Shown here: piece by piece, positions 19,863 through 30,255 of the stretch | How the letters are laid out: each line of letters starts with the position of its first letter | Numbering within the stretch: position 1 is the first letter of the stretch | Assembly (NCBI GenBank): GCA_965203175.1 | Contig: OZ241867.1 | Coordinates: 6,336,001 to 6,400,000, forward strand | Direction of reading: 5' to 3' | DNA from: Candidatus Latescibacterota bacterium | Lineage (GTDB): Bacteria; Latescibacterota; UBA2968; UBA8231 | Length of the DNA: 64,000 nt | Notes under the pieces: generated by a model | The model's input: the letters and a program-made list of their open reading frames with translations, nothing else | Database searches by the model: none | What the model was told of the DNA's origin: nothing | Position numbers and translations under genes: made by a program

Positions 19863-21968
19863 TTAAGAGACTTGGGGCAAATGCAGTGTCACCGCTTGGA
19901 CGTGGTCGTATCCCCCCGGCGCGCGGATCGGCTGCCGCTGGCTTTCGACGTCCACGCTTGCGTCCTGACAAGTAAAGCGGTACGCACCCACTTCGGGCAA
20001 CACAAACCACGACGTACCCGCCAGATCGGCCCGCACGGCATAGGGCAGAACCGCCTGTCCATCCAGCGGAGTCACCACAACACAGGCGCGGGCGACCGGT
20101 TGCCCGTCGCGCACCACCCGCACCAGCACCTCCGGCAATCGCTCGTGCGCCAGCGGTCCCACATTCCGCTCGGCGAGCCGGCGGAACAACTCCTGCGACC
20201 AAGTAGTCGTCGCCGTTGGGCGCGAGACCGGCTGCTGCGGATCGCACCAGTTGAGACACAGCCGGTGCTTGCCCCACGCCGCCGACGTCCCCACACCGAA
20301 AGGATCAATGCGGGCGTCCGCTCCCGACTGCGACGGCCACGTAACTTTCACGTCGAGCGGTCCAACCAACATCCCCGGCACGTGGTCGGTAAAGCCTCGG
20401 TAATCCATGTCGGCGAGGAAAAACGTCTGTAGCCCGTGTACATTGCGCTCCGGCATTGAGGTCAAAAATTCCCACCAGCCTTCCGCCAGCGGCGGCTCTT
20501 CCTGCTCTCCCCAAGAGCCCCCGTCGAAGATGCCCGCCTCACCGACCCGAATCGGCTTCACCGGGAGGCCGCTGCGAATCGCCTCAATGCTCGCCTCGAT
20601 GCTCTCCAAGCTGCTGAACAGCCGGTAGCAATCAATCAGTCCAATCAACTCGTCCGTGGCCACAGACGGGTCAAAAGTAACTTCGGCGATGCGGCTGTCG
20701 TCGAGTTCCTTCACCTTGCGCAGCAGGGGCACGCAGTATTCGGGATCTCGCGCGTCCGTGATGTCCCAGAACAAGATCGACGGATGGTTGCGGACCGAGC
20801 GGATCCAGTAGTCGGCCACTGCTAGCTGATACGCCCTTACCAGTGCCTTCTCCCGCACGTCTATCTCCGGCGTGTACACCTGTCCCGTGCCGACGCAGAA
20901 ATTGGCCCCCACCACGAACACGCCAAGCTCGTCGGCCACGTCGTAAAACACCGGCGGCGGGTCGTAGCGGTGGTGCTCGACAATGCTGACATTGGCGTCG
21001 GCCAAATCGACGAACTTCCGCGTCAACCATTGGCGCTCGTACACGTACGGCACCGTGTGGTCGCCCCAAGGCATTAGCTGAATGCCGTTGAGCAGCAGCC
21101 GATCCTCCTCGGCCCAGACCTCGCGAAAACCAAAGCGAGTCACGACAGTATGCACGGCGCAACCTGCCGAGTGCAGTGAACTTTCGAGGAAGTACAGAAC
21201 CGGCTCGCCGTACGGCGGACGGCCCCAAAGCACGGCGTCTCCCCAAGGCGCTGCGGTCTCTAGACGACGACTCTCCCCTGGTGCCAGATCAAAATTACAA
21301 CCTTCGAGTTCCAACTCAGTCTCACCCGCGCAGCGCACCCGCAGGCGAATGTCGCCGTGGAACGCTTCCTCAGCATCGTTGCAGACCGTCAACCCAACGC
21401 GGATTTCGCGCTCCCGCACCGACGTGACGATCTGCACATCTTCGACCCGCACCCGCGACTCCCAGCTCAGCCACACATCCGACTCCATGCCAATGGTGGC
21501 GGCGCTCGTGTACCAGAAGCGAGTGTCGAGGGCTTTTTCCGCTTCTTCGCTCAGCCGTGGGGCGTCGGGATGCGCATAGCGGCCGCTGCAGTTGTGAGTG
21601 AACACGTCCAGCCGGTGATCGCGCGCCGGACGGATGCTATCAGTCAGATCAATGCGCCAAGGCAAGCGCATGCCGTAGTGCTCGCCGAGCACCTCGCCAT
21701 CGAGATAAGCGCGCCCAAAGTGACGGACCCTCCCCAAGTCGAGAACGATGCGCCCGTCTGCATCCCAGCCGTCGGGCAGGCGCAGTTCCGCGCGGTACCA
21801 ACCGGACTCAGGCGGCTCGTCTTCAAACTCGCGCGAGCGATGCGGCACGCGCACGCGCTCCCAGCCATCGGTCGGCGGATCGCCATCGGGTCCCTCGGCA
21901 AACTCCCACTCGCCGTTCAGCAGCAGGCGAACATCGCCGTTCATCCCCAGCGGCGATTGGCAGAACAT
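19863..21968 (-). CDS. Glycoside hydrolase family 2-like protein
   Basis: LNGEWEF, sugar-binding N-domain, RFGFREV, ADELGVFV, RNHPSILFW; the usual acid/base NE motif is not evident (DITDA). Confidence 0.7.
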   Translation of the reverse strand: MFCQSPLGMNGDVRLLLNGEWEFAEGPDGDPPTDGWERVRVPHRSREFEDEPPESGWYRAELRLPDGWDADGRIVLDLGRVRHFGRAYLDGEVLGEHYGMRLPWRIDLTDSIRPARDHRLDVFTHNCSGRYAHPDAPRLSEEAEKALDTRFWYTSAATIGMESDVWLSWESRVRVEDVQIVTSVREREIRVGLTVCNDAEEAFHGDIRLRVRCAGETELELEGCNFDLAPGESRRLETAAPWGDAVLWGRPPYGEPVLYFLESSLHSAGCAVHTVVTRFGFREVWAEEDRLLLNGIQLMPWGDHTVPYVYERQWLTRKFVDLADANVSIVEHHRYDPPPVFYDVADELGVFVVGANFCVGTGQVYTPEIDVREKALVRAYQLAVADYWIRSVRNHPSILFWDITDARDPEYCVPLLRKVKELDDSRIAEVTFDPSVATDELIGLIDCYRLFSSLESIEASIEAIRSGLPVKPIRVGEAGIFDGGSWGEQEEPPLAEGWWEFLTSMPERNVHGLQTFFLADMDYRGFTDHVPGMLVGPLDVKVTWPSQSGADARIDPFGVGTSAAWGKHRLCLNWCDPQQPVSRPTATTTWSQELFRRLAERNVGPLAHERLPEVLVRVVRDGQPVARACVVVTPLDGQAVLPYAVRADLAGTSWFVLPEVGAYRFTCQDASVDVESQRQPIRAPGGYDHVQAVTLHLPQVS

Positions 21969-22437
21969 GCTATATCCCTCTCTTCTTCTCTTGAGTGGAT
22001 GTATGGGCTAAGGATATGCCAAAATGTTAGTGAATCGACGGCAAAAGCTACGGGGCATTAGTTGGTTGGTCAATTACTGACGGCACGCATCGACCCCTTG
22101 GATAAGGAGAAGCTGGCGTGAACAGCATCCCATACCTGCATAACATCAATAACCCCTACTGTCCAATAGTGAACACTCGCTGTCCGATAGCGCACAGCAC
22201 ACACCCTCCGAGCATTCCGTATCAACTGACATTAGAGCTGCAAAAGGGCCGATAAAAAGAGTTTGAGAGACGAACAAAAAATCGACTTAGTTTTGTAACG
22301 TATTATTTAACAGTAAGTTATAGGTACAAAAAGAAAAAACAACGCGATTGACGACTGCTAACTCCCTCCATTGGCACGATAGTTGCAATAGTGCGTACCG
22401 AAGCAACAACTCGCACTCTTCCACAAAGGAGGGCATC

Positions 22438-23328
22438 ATGCAACCCTTAGCCATTTTCGTCCTGATCGCCGCTTGGTTCACCGCCAGCACGGTCGCTGCC
22501 ATTCCCCATAGTCAGTACCGCGACTTTCCGCCCGATGCCGGCCACCAAGCCCGCCTCGACTACCTCAACGGCCTAGAGATGATCAAGGTTGAGTCTGGCG
22601 ACCAATTGCAGCAGGCCGTTGAAGCCATCCCCGTCGAGGCAGACATTGCCATCACTCCTCAGCAAGAAGCCGACCTGCGCGCTTGGCTCTACGACTTCTT
22701 GGTCGCCTTTTCCGTCTCGGGCAGTGACAGCCTCGCCTCCGAATTTTATCTGCGTGGGAGTATCAATCCCGAAGGAATAGCGGATATAAAAAGGCAATTT
22801 GAAGCCATTAAACTAGGTGGCCCCTTAACCGCCCAGCAGCTACAGGCAATGGGGATACAGATCCCCGAGTTACCCGTCGACGCAACCCCCTTTGACCTCT
22901 TCAAAGCCATGCACCGATTCGGCATCAGCATAAAGAGGGACGATCGCCACATAAACAGACGCGATTACTTCTTTGGCAACGCTTCTTTTTTCGACAGCGC
23001 CTATAGAGTGTTTGAGCTGCAAGGCAACTATTATGAGAGCTATCGGGGCTACGCCCAGACCCACGGTCTGATCCCCATGAGGCCTGCGGAGTGGTCTCCC
23101 AAGCTGAGAGGCGAGATTGAGGAAGGGCTAAAGGCAGGAGGGCAGTGGACAGCGGCCGAGTTCATGTTCATCGCCGAAGAGCCTGAAGAGTTCGCCGGCT
23201 CTGAGGAGCCGAGGTGCTACCCATTCTTCGTGCGACTCGTCTGGAGCCGAGTGCAGGACACATGGCGTCTTGTAGAAGCCTTCGCGCCTAATGATGCGCC
23301 GGTTATGTTTCTATTTAATGCCACGTGA
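22438..23328 (+). CDS. Hypothetical secreted protein
   Basis: AAGGAGG SD, signal peptide MQPLAIFVLIAAWFTASTVAA; no family recognised. Confidence 0.75.
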   Translation: MQPLAIFVLIAAWFTASTVAAIPHSQYRDFPPDAGHQARLDYLNGLEMIKVESGDQLQQAVEAIPVEADIAITPQQEADLRAWLYDFLVAFSVSGSDSLASEFYLRGSINPEGIADIKRQFEAIKLGGPLTAQQLQAMGIQIPELPVDATPFDLFKAMHRFGISIKRDDRHINRRDYFFGNASFFDSAYRVFELQGNYYESYRGYAQTHGLIPMRPAEWSPKLRGEIEEGLKAGGQWTAAEFMFIAEEPEEFAGSEEPRCYPFFVRLVWSRVQDTWRLVEAFAPNDAPVMFLFNAT

Positions 23329-23351
23329 TCCAGCCTGTAAGCAACGCGGAA

Positions 23352-23432
23352 GAAGCGGGCAGTTCACAAACGAACTGCCCGCTTCCGCGGACGCCTGCCC
23401 CGAGCGAAGCGAGGCGGAGTCGCTTCACCTCG
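23352..23432. terminator. Two hairpins between convergent genes
   Basis: GAAGCGGGCAGTTC-N6-GAACTGCCCGCTTC (14-bp stem) and GAAGCGA-N7-TCGCTTC. Confidence 0.6.
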
Positions 23433-23438
23433 ATGGAG

Positions 23439-25229
23439 TCATGGACTGATCGACAGGGGCGCGGATGGCCCTTGTCCACCGGTCGGCTCCAACCGGATAA
23501 AGGTCTTCAACAATTCCCACTGCCAAGAGTGCGGGAACCCGTAGGGGTCTTGCTGGCTCGGCCAGCCAGTCCAGCGGGTAGTGTTACAAGGATAGCGAAT
23601 AATTAGCTGCGCCAAGAAGATGTCGGGCAACTCCCCCACCCAGATTTCCATCGCCTCGACGAACAACTCCAACAGTTCCTCGTCGCCGACCTGCAGGGGC
23701 GCGATGCGCTCGACAATGCGGTCGAACTCCTCGTTGCGCCAGCGCGAGGTGGTCGACCACAGCGGTGCCGGCTGCCCCGTAGGCCGAAAGTACTGCGAGG
23801 TGTAGTAAGACAACATTAGGTAGGGGTCCATGCCGCGCACCCCACTCGGCCCCTTACAGCCGAGGGAAACCTTCTGCTCCCCCGTCTGCACAAGCGAGGT
23901 CAAACCGGGCGAGGTGTCAAAATTCGCATCAAAACCAGCGTCGCGCAGTTGTTGCGTCAGCGGCGGACCGTAGGCCCGCAGCCACTGCGGCACGTACATG
24001 GCGATCTCGACGTGCTCGCCCTCCGCGTTGACCCACAAATCCTCCTCGTCCTTGCGATAGCCTTTCCCCTCCATGATCCGATCCACCTCTTCCAAGTGCG
24101 GCTTGGTGTCGTACCCGTGCCGCGCGAGGATCTCCTGCAGAGCTTCGTCAAAAGGCGCGAACCATTCGTAGGGCGTGAAGGGATGCAGCGCAACCACGCC
24201 CGCCCCCGACTCGGCTAGCTGGACGAGTTTTTCTCGGTCGATGGCCATGCTAATCGCCCGGCGAATCTGCGGATCGTCAAACGGCGGCTCCGAGCAATTC
24301 ATGTTGAGGTCGATGGGACACCAGTCCAAGTAGCCATAGGGCGGCTGCCGATCGGAAAAGGTCACGACCCGTGCATTGCGCTCTAACACGCTTTCGAGGG
24401 TGAGCACCTGCATGATGGGCGCCATGTCGAGCTGATCAGTCAGCAGCAGTTGCGCGGCTTGGCTCTCCTCTTGCTGCGGCACATAGATGATTCGCTGGAT
24501 TCTCGGCAGCCGTTTAAACCCCGCCTTAGCCCCCCACCAGTCCTGGCGCAAATCGTAGATCTTCTGGTGCGGCGAAGCGTAGACTAGACGGTAGGGACCC
24601 GTGCCCAAGGGCAAGCCGCCCTCGATGTCGTGGAAGGTAAACTCTAAAGGATCCTGATCCTTCCAGATATGCTCGGGCAAGACGAAGATACCGTGGTTAC
24701 TACTCAGCGTAGTCGCCCAAAACGCCGGCCCCACCTTTTGCAGCACCAGCCGCACAGTGTGGTCATCAACAACTTCAGTGGAGTCGAAGAACTCAGGCAG
24801 GTCGGCCAGATGCACCATGGACTCGGCGTGATCGCGCAGCATGTCGAAGGTAAAAGCCACGTCGCGCGCGGTGAAGGGGACGCCATCCGCCCATTCGATG
24901 CCCTCGCGAATCTTCACGGTGAGCGCGGTAAAACTGTCGTTGTACTCCCAACTCTCAGCCAGCCAGTTCTCGTATTCCCCGGTGAGCACGTTGTACATAA
25001 TCAGCGGCTCGAACACCGCCGGCAGCGTGCCCATGTGGAATCCCTGATCGGAGCCGGGGATGTAGGGGTTCTGATTGTCGAACAGGGCATACTGATTCGG
25101 CCCACCGTTCATCAAGATCATGGTGCGGTCCCGAGGGACATCGTCTAGCACCACAGCCGGCCCGCAGCTAGCCAAAATTGCCCACGCCGCAAGCAGGAGC
25201 CAGCGACAAGTCCAGCCCATTCTCCACAT
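23439..25229 (-). CDS. ABC transporter substrate-binding lipoprotein (family 5, OppA/DppA-like)
   Basis: LASC lipobox, LAESWEY, WADGVPFTARDVAFTF, GTGPY, RRAISMAIDRE. Confidence 0.9.
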   Translation of the reverse strand: MWRMGWTCRWLLLAAWAILASCGPAVVLDDVPRDRTMILMNGGPNQYALFDNQNPYIPGSDQGFHMGTLPAVFEPLIMYNVLTGEYENWLAESWEYNDSFTALTVKIREGIEWADGVPFTARDVAFTFDMLRDHAESMVHLADLPEFFDSTEVVDDHTVRLVLQKVGPAFWATTLSSNHGIFVLPEHIWKDQDPLEFTFHDIEGGLPLGTGPYRLVYASPHQKIYDLRQDWWGAKAGFKRLPRIQRIIYVPQQEESQAAQLLLTDQLDMAPIMQVLTLESVLERNARVVTFSDRQPPYGYLDWCPIDLNMNCSEPPFDDPQIRRAISMAIDREKLVQLAESGAGVVALHPFTPYEWFAPFDEALQEILARHGYDTKPHLEEVDRIMEGKGYRKDEEDLWVNAEGEHVEIAMYVPQWLRAYGPPLTQQLRDAGFDANFDTSPGLTSLVQTGEQKVSLGCKGPSGVRGMDPYLMLSYYTSQYFRPTGQPAPLWSTTSRWRNEEFDRIVERIAPLQVGDEELLELFVEAMEIWVGELPDIFLAQLIIRYPCNTTRWTGWPSQQDPYGFPHSWQWELLKTFIRLEPTGGQGPSAPLSISP

Positions 25230-25232
25230 CGC

Positions 25233-26279
25233 TCATCCACCTCCGTAGGACAGGCCGGCGACCTGCTCTTCCGACAGCACTGCGGCGTCCTCGTAGAGAT
25301 AGCAAGCCGCAGCGCGGCCAGCATCGGTCTGCACCAGCGGCGGACGTTGCTGCCGGCAGCGCGGCATGACGTGGGGACAGCGCTCGGCAAAGGCGCAGTT
25401 GCCGGTAGCGTTCGCAACCTCTGCGCCCTCCTCCACTGTCGGCCCGCTATGCGTGACCTCAACCGAGCCTTCTCCCCAGCGGCGCTTTGCATCCGGCAGC
25501 GGAATGGAACTCACCAGTAGCTGCGTGTAAGGGTGCGTCGGTGCCTTAATAACCTGCTCCACGTCACCCACCTCGACCACTGCACCTTGGTACATAACGA
25601 GAATGGTGTGGCTCAGTTGGTACGCCGTAGTCAGATCATGCGTGATGTACACGAGACTAATGCCGCGCTCCCGGTGAATGCGAGACAAGGTCTCCAAGAT
25701 GGTAGCGCGCAACGAGGCGTCCACCATCGACACCGGCTCGTCGGCCACAATCACGCGCGGGTCGAGCAACAAGGCCCGCGCCACCATGATGCGCTGGCGC
25801 TGACCGCCGCTTAGCTGATGGGGATAACGCCCGAGGGTTTCCTCCGGACGCAGGCCGACCGCTTGCAGCCCCTCCTCAATCCGCTGCCGCCGCTCGGCAC
25901 GCGACAGTTCCGGAAAGAACTTGGCGATCGGTACCGTCAGGGAATGATCCACCCGGTAAAACGGGTTAAATACCTCAAAGGGATCCTGAAACACAGCTTG
26001 CACTTGCCGGCGAAACGTCTGGCGCGCCTTGGCGTCGAGATCGCGCAATTCCGTGCCCTGATAGCGCACCGATCCGTCAGTCGGAGGTAGGATCCCCAAC
26101 AGCAGACGCGCTAGGGTAGTCTTGCCACTCCCACTTTCCCCAGCAATGGCCACCACCACCGGATCGTCCTCCGGGATTACCAGCGAGGCATCGGCAACCG
26201 CGACGATCCGCTGCCGGTCAAACACACCGCCGCCAAAGGCTCGGCTCGCACCCCGCGCTTCTAATAGTGGCGTATTCAC
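25233..26279 (-). CDS. Oligopeptide-type ABC ATPase (OppF/DppF-like)
   Basis: GESGSGKT, LSGGQRQR, ADEP, HPYT, C-terminal Cys cluster. Confidence 0.93.
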   Translation of the reverse strand: MNTPLLEARGASRAFGGGVFDRQRIVAVADASLVIPEDDPVVVAIAGESGSGKTTLARLLLGILPPTDGSVRYQGTELRDLDAKARQTFRRQVQAVFQDPFEVFNPFYRVDHSLTVPIAKFFPELSRAERRQRIEEGLQAVGLRPEETLGRYPHQLSGGQRQRIMVARALLLDPRVIVADEPVSMVDASLRATILETLSRIHRERGISLVYITHDLTTAYQLSHTILVMYQGAVVEVGDVEQVIKAPTHPYTQLLVSSIPLPDAKRRWGEGSVEVTHSGPTVEEGAEVANATGNCAFAERCPHVMPRCRQQRPPLVQTDAGRAAACYLYEDAAVLSEEQVAGLSYGGG

Positions 26280-27259
26280 GAGACCTCAGTATGCAGGTGA
26301 CAAGCTGCCCAGCGCTCGGCAGCCACCACCTCCAACTCCGGCACGCGATCCGAGCAGCTATCCATCACCTGCGGACAGCGCGGATGGAAGGGACATCCCG
26401 GTGGCGGCTCCAGCAGCGAAGGCGGCAGTCCGGGAATGCCGCGAAACACGCCCTTGCGCTCCAGCGACGGCAGACTTTCTACTAACATCCGCGTGTACGG
26501 ATGCAACGGCTCTTCAAGCAGACTTTGCACCGGCCCAAGCTCGGCCAGCCGGCCGGCGTACATCACGCCGATGCGGTCCACGCATTGAGCCATCAGCCCC
26601 ATGTCGTGACCCACCAAAATCACCGCGGCGTCGAGTTCCTGCTGCACGCGGAACAAGGTGTCCATTACCCGCTTCTGCACGACCACGTCCAAGGCGCTAG
26701 TCGGCTCGTCGGCGATAATCACTTGGGGCCTCAAGGCCACGGCAATGGCCATGCCCACGCGCTGCTTCATGCCGCCGCTGAGTTCGTGGGGGTACATGCG
26801 CGCCGTCGCCGGGTCCAATTCGACCAGTGCCAGCAGACTTCTTACTCGCTCCTGCAGGGCCTCGCGGTCCGGCCACTCCTCGTGCGCCTCAATCGTGTCG
26901 GCGATCTGCGCACCCACCCGCATCACCGGATTGAGCGAGTTCATCACGCCTTGGGGAATCAAAGAGATCCGCGAAAAGCGCACGCCCCGCATCTCCTCCT
27001 CAGACAGCGACAACAACTTCAGTCCGTCGAGATCGACTCGGCCCCCCTCAATCCGCCCAGGCGGCCGAATCAGTTGCATTAGAGCCATGGCCGTCGTCGA
27101 TTTGCCCGAGCCGGATTCCCCCACCAAGCCCAGCCGCTCTCCCGACTGCAACTCAAAGCCAACGCCCTCCACGGCGCGCACCGGCCCCCTCGGAGTGTGG
27201 TAGTGGACGCGCAGATCCTGCACCCGCAGCACGACGCGGCTTTTGCGCTTGGCGTTCAC
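26276..27259 (-). CDS. Oligopeptide-type ABC ATPase (OppD/DppD-like)
   Basis: GESGSGKS, LSGGMKQR, ADEPTSALD, GCPFHPRC; GTG start overlaps the upstream stop. Confidence 0.93.
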   Translation of the reverse strand: MNAKRKSRVVLRVQDLRVHYHTPRGPVRAVEGVGFELQSGERLGLVGESGSGKSTTAMALMQLIRPPGRIEGGRVDLDGLKLLSLSEEEMRGVRFSRISLIPQGVMNSLNPVMRVGAQIADTIEAHEEWPDREALQERVRSLLALVELDPATARMYPHELSGGMKQRVGMAIAVALRPQVIIADEPTSALDVVVQKRVMDTLFRVQQELDAAVILVGHDMGLMAQCVDRIGVMYAGRLAELGPVQSLLEEPLHPYTRMLVESLPSLERKGVFRGIPGLPPSLLEPPPGCPFHPRCPQVMDSCSDRVPELEVVAAERWAACHLHTEVS

Positions 27260-28113
27260 GACGAGACCTTCCATATGCGCGGATTGGCAATGCGGTCCAA
27301 TCCCATGGAGACGAGAAACAAGCCGAGAAAAATCAGCACGATCATCGCAATCGGCGGTGCCCACCACCACCACATTCCCCGCAGCAGCGAAGTGTAGAAC
27401 AAAGCCCAGTAAATGGTCATCCCAAGCGTAGGTTCATTCTGCGGCCCCAAACCCAGCGCCTCTAAACCAATCGAAGCCAACACCGCAGCCCCTACGGCAC
27501 TAACAAAGCTAGCCGCTAGATAGGGCAACAGATTCGGCAGCAGCTCGCGGGCGATGATCTCCAAGTCCCTCATGCCGGAGAGCCGCGCCACCTGCACGTA
27601 CGCGCGCTCGCGCATCGACAGCACCTGTGAGCGGATCGTGCGCGTCGGCAGCATCCACGCCAGCGAGGCCACCACGAGGGCCATCATATCGACCGTGACG
27701 GCTGTGCGCAGCGAAGTGGCCAGCACCACGAGGAACAACAGACCTGGCACAGTCAGCAGCACATCGGCAGCACCCCGAATCAAGGTATCCACTAAGCCAC
27801 CGAAGTACCCAGCGAGAAAGCCAAGGATAATACCGATACCAAGTCCCACGGCACCAGCGAGAAAGCCGACCCTAAGTGTTAGCGGCGTACCCGCCACCAT
27901 CACCGCGAGCAAATCCCGCCCCGCCGCGTCAGTACCGAGAAGGTGCTCCAGCGACGGCGACAGATTCGGTTCAGCAGCACCAACGCGGGACAAATCCGTA
28001 TCGACGAACAGGGTTCCCACAGGACCGAAGGCTAACACGACAAAGACGACGATTAAGCCGGCCGCAAGCTGGGGATGGCGGCGCGCCGCCGCGAAGATCG
28101 GCGAGAGCGTCAT
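27256..28113 (-). CDS. ABC permease (OppC/DppC-like)
   Basis: HLLGTDAAGRD, EAA-loop region, WWWWAPP. Confidence 0.9.
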   Translation of the reverse strand: MTLSPIFAAARRHPQLAAGLIVVFVVLAFGPVGTLFVDTDLSRVGAAEPNLSPSLEHLLGTDAAGRDLLAVMVAGTPLTLRVGFLAGAVGLGIGIILGFLAGYFGGLVDTLIRGAADVLLTVPGLLFLVVLATSLRTAVTVDMMALVVASLAWMLPTRTIRSQVLSMRERAYVQVARLSGMRDLEIIARELLPNLLPYLAASFVSAVGAAVLASIGLEALGLGPQNEPTLGMTIYWALFYTSLLRGMWWWWAPPIAMIVLIFLGLFLVSMGLDRIANPRIWKVSS

Positions 28114-29111
28114 CGGCGGTAGGCAATGCGCGGGTCGAGAAGCGGGTAAACCAAGTCGAGGATCAACGTCACCACAGCGATGGCCAAGATAACCATGAGC
28201 ACGACGCCGTAAATGACAAAGTAGTCAAAAGTCTGCACAGCTCGGTACAGCACCGTGCCCACACCCGGGTACGCAAACACCACCTCCACCAGCACAGCCC
28301 CAGACACGACATAACCCATGGCCAGCGCCAAAGCCGTTGTCTGCGGCAACAGCGCGTTGCGCAAGGCGTAGCGGAAGAAAATCTCGCGGCTCTTCAAGCC
28401 CCGCGCCTCGGCGTAGTTGACGTAGTCCTCGCCCTGGACAGTGACCATCATGCCGCGCATCGACAAAGCCCAAAACCCTACCGACGACAGCACGATCGAC
28501 AGAGCGGGGACGATGGAGTGATAGATCACGTCAATGGCAAAGGCCAAGGTCGGCCCAGGCAGCGTTCCCAAGGTAAAGCCCCCGCCGAGAGGAAAGGCGC
28601 GCAAGGTGAAACCTAGAAGAAAAACGAGAACTAGTCCGAGCAAGTAGTAGGGAATCGCCGACAGCGCCAAGAAAGGCGCGGCAAAGTAGTGCAGGGCACC
28701 GGGTGATCGCGGCCAAGCCAGCAGCGCGCCGAGCACCGTACCGAGGGCAAAGGCGATCAACGTCGCCGTCGTCAGCAGCCCGAGCGTCCACGGCAGGGCG
28801 CGCATGATAATGTCGGAAGCGCGGCTCGGAAAGTTGGCGATGGAGACCCCAAAGTCGAGGCGCGCCACATCGCCGAGATAGCGCAGATACTGCTTCCACA
28901 AAGGTTGGTCGAGACCGAAGCGAGCCTCGTACGTGGCTACCACGGCCTCCATGTCCGTCTTGCCCGCGCCGCCAAAGGAGACCGCCTGCAACAGGCGCTC
29001 GCGGATGGGGTTCACCGGGGCCATCCGGGGCATCAAAAAGTTGATGGTAGCCCCTGCCCACACGATCAGTAGGAACACTCCAAAGCGGCGGAATACGTAA
29101 TTAAGCGACAA
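28110..29111 (-). CDS. ABC permease (OppB/DppB-like)
   Basis: FGLDQPLWKQY, LDFGVS, AEARGL, RNALLP, LDPRI; TTG start estimated. Confidence 0.88.
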   Translation of the reverse strand: MSLNYVFRRFGVFLLIVWAGATINFLMPRMAPVNPIRERLLQAVSFGGAGKTDMEAVVATYEARFGLDQPLWKQYLRYLGDVARLDFGVSIANFPSRASDIIMRALPWTLGLLTTATLIAFALGTVLGALLAWPRSPGALHYFAAPFLALSAIPYYLLGLVLVFLLGFTLRAFPLGGGFTLGTLPGPTLAFAIDVIYHSIVPALSIVLSSVGFWALSMRGMMVTVQGEDYVNYAEARGLKSREIFFRYALRNALLPQTTALALAMGYVVSGAVLVEVVFAYPGVGTVLYRAVQTFDYFVIYGVVLMVILAIAVVTLILDLVYPLLDPRIAYRR

Positions 29112-29118
29112 GTCAGCT

Positions 29119-30255
29119 TTACTCCACGTCGAAGAAACCGAGGTCTTCGCGCGCCGCGCTGCGCGCCACTTCCTCGTCGAGCGCAACTCCAAGACCGGGA
29201 GCCTGCGGCAAGGGAATCCGCCCGTTGACGATCAGGTCGCGCTCCACCGTGAGGCTGTTCCACAACTCGTTGTCGAGATGGTGGAACTCCAACACCTGAA
29301 AGTTCGGCGCAGCAGCGCACGTGTGGCACATGGCCACAGTGCCAATCGGGCTACAGATGTTGTGCGGTGAAATCGGGATGTAATAGATGTCGGCCAGATC
29401 GGCGATGCGCCGTCCCTCGGACAGACCGCCGGCCTTGGCCAGATCGGGCGAGATAATGTCCGTCGCCTGCATCTCGACCAACTCGCGGAACCCGTGGCGC
29501 GTGTACAGGTTTTCGCCGGTGCAAATCGGCGTGCGCGTCGCGTTCTTCACTTCCTTGAGCGCGGCGACGTTTTCAGCCGGAATCGGATCCTCCAACCACA
29601 TCAAATTCAGCGATTCCAAGGCGTAGGCAACCTTGAGGATGTCGTGCGGAGCGTACGCCCAGTGGGCGTCGATGAGCAAATCCGTATTGGGATGCAGCGC
29701 CTCGCGGAGCGCCGTGACCACTTCGATGTGGAAGGCGATGTCGCTATTGCTCATGGTGCGGTTGTAGTGATCGCGTCGGTCGGGACGCGGATCAATGTCA
29801 AACTTGATGGCGTCGAAGCCTCGGGCTTCCACTTCCTTGGCCTTGGCTACCCAAGATTCGGGATTGTCGTCCTCGTCGCCGGCGTGGCAGTCGTTGTACA
29901 CGCGAATCGAGTCGCGGTACGCGCCGCCCAGCAATTGCCAGATCGGCACGCCAATCGCCTGCCCGGTGATATCCCACAGCGCCATCTCAATGCCGCTAAT
30001 CGCGCTCATCACCGCCCCTTGGTAGTACCCCGACGCCGACATCGAGCTTTTCATGTCGCGGAAGAGCTTGTCAACATTGCGCGGGTCTTGGCCGATGAGC
30101 GCGCGTTGGGTGAGGCGCTCGTCCACGGCGATGTGGTGGACGCCAGCCCCGTGATAGGCCTCGCCAATGCCGGTAATCCCCTCGTCGGTGCGCACCTTCA
30201 CCAGCACCCACGGCATGGGTTGCAGCAGCACAGCACCCACGTCAACAATCTTCAT
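29119..30255 (-). CDS. Mandelate racemase/enolase-superfamily sugar-acid dehydratase
   Basis: GITGIGE, SGIEMALWDI, KFD, DAH, WLEDP, TGEN, SPHN. Confidence 0.9.
   Translation of the reverse strand: MKIVDVGAVLLQPMPWVLVKVRTDEGITGIGEAYHGAGVHHIAVDERLTQRALIGQDPRNVDKLFRDMKSSMSASGYYQGAVMSAISGIEMALWDITGQAIGVPIWQLLGGAYRDSIRVYNDCHAGDEDDNPESWVAKAKEVEARGFDAIKFDIDPRPDRRDHYNRTMSNSDIAFHIEVVTALREALHPNTDLLIDAHWAYAPHDILKVAYALESLNLMWLEDPIPAENVAALKEVKNATRTPICTGENLYTRHGFRELVEMQATDIISPDLAKAGGLSEGRRIADLADIYYIPISPHNICSPIGTVAMCHTCAAAPNFQVLEFHHLDNELWNSLTVERDLIVNGRIPLPQAPGLGVALDEEVARSAAREDLGFFDVE

Noticed and set aside
22287-22502. 71-aa minus-strand ORF in frame with the Cys-rich micro-ORF
   Set aside because: It overlaps the start of the 22438 gene antisense and spans promoter-like DNA; it is separated from the micro-ORF by TAA
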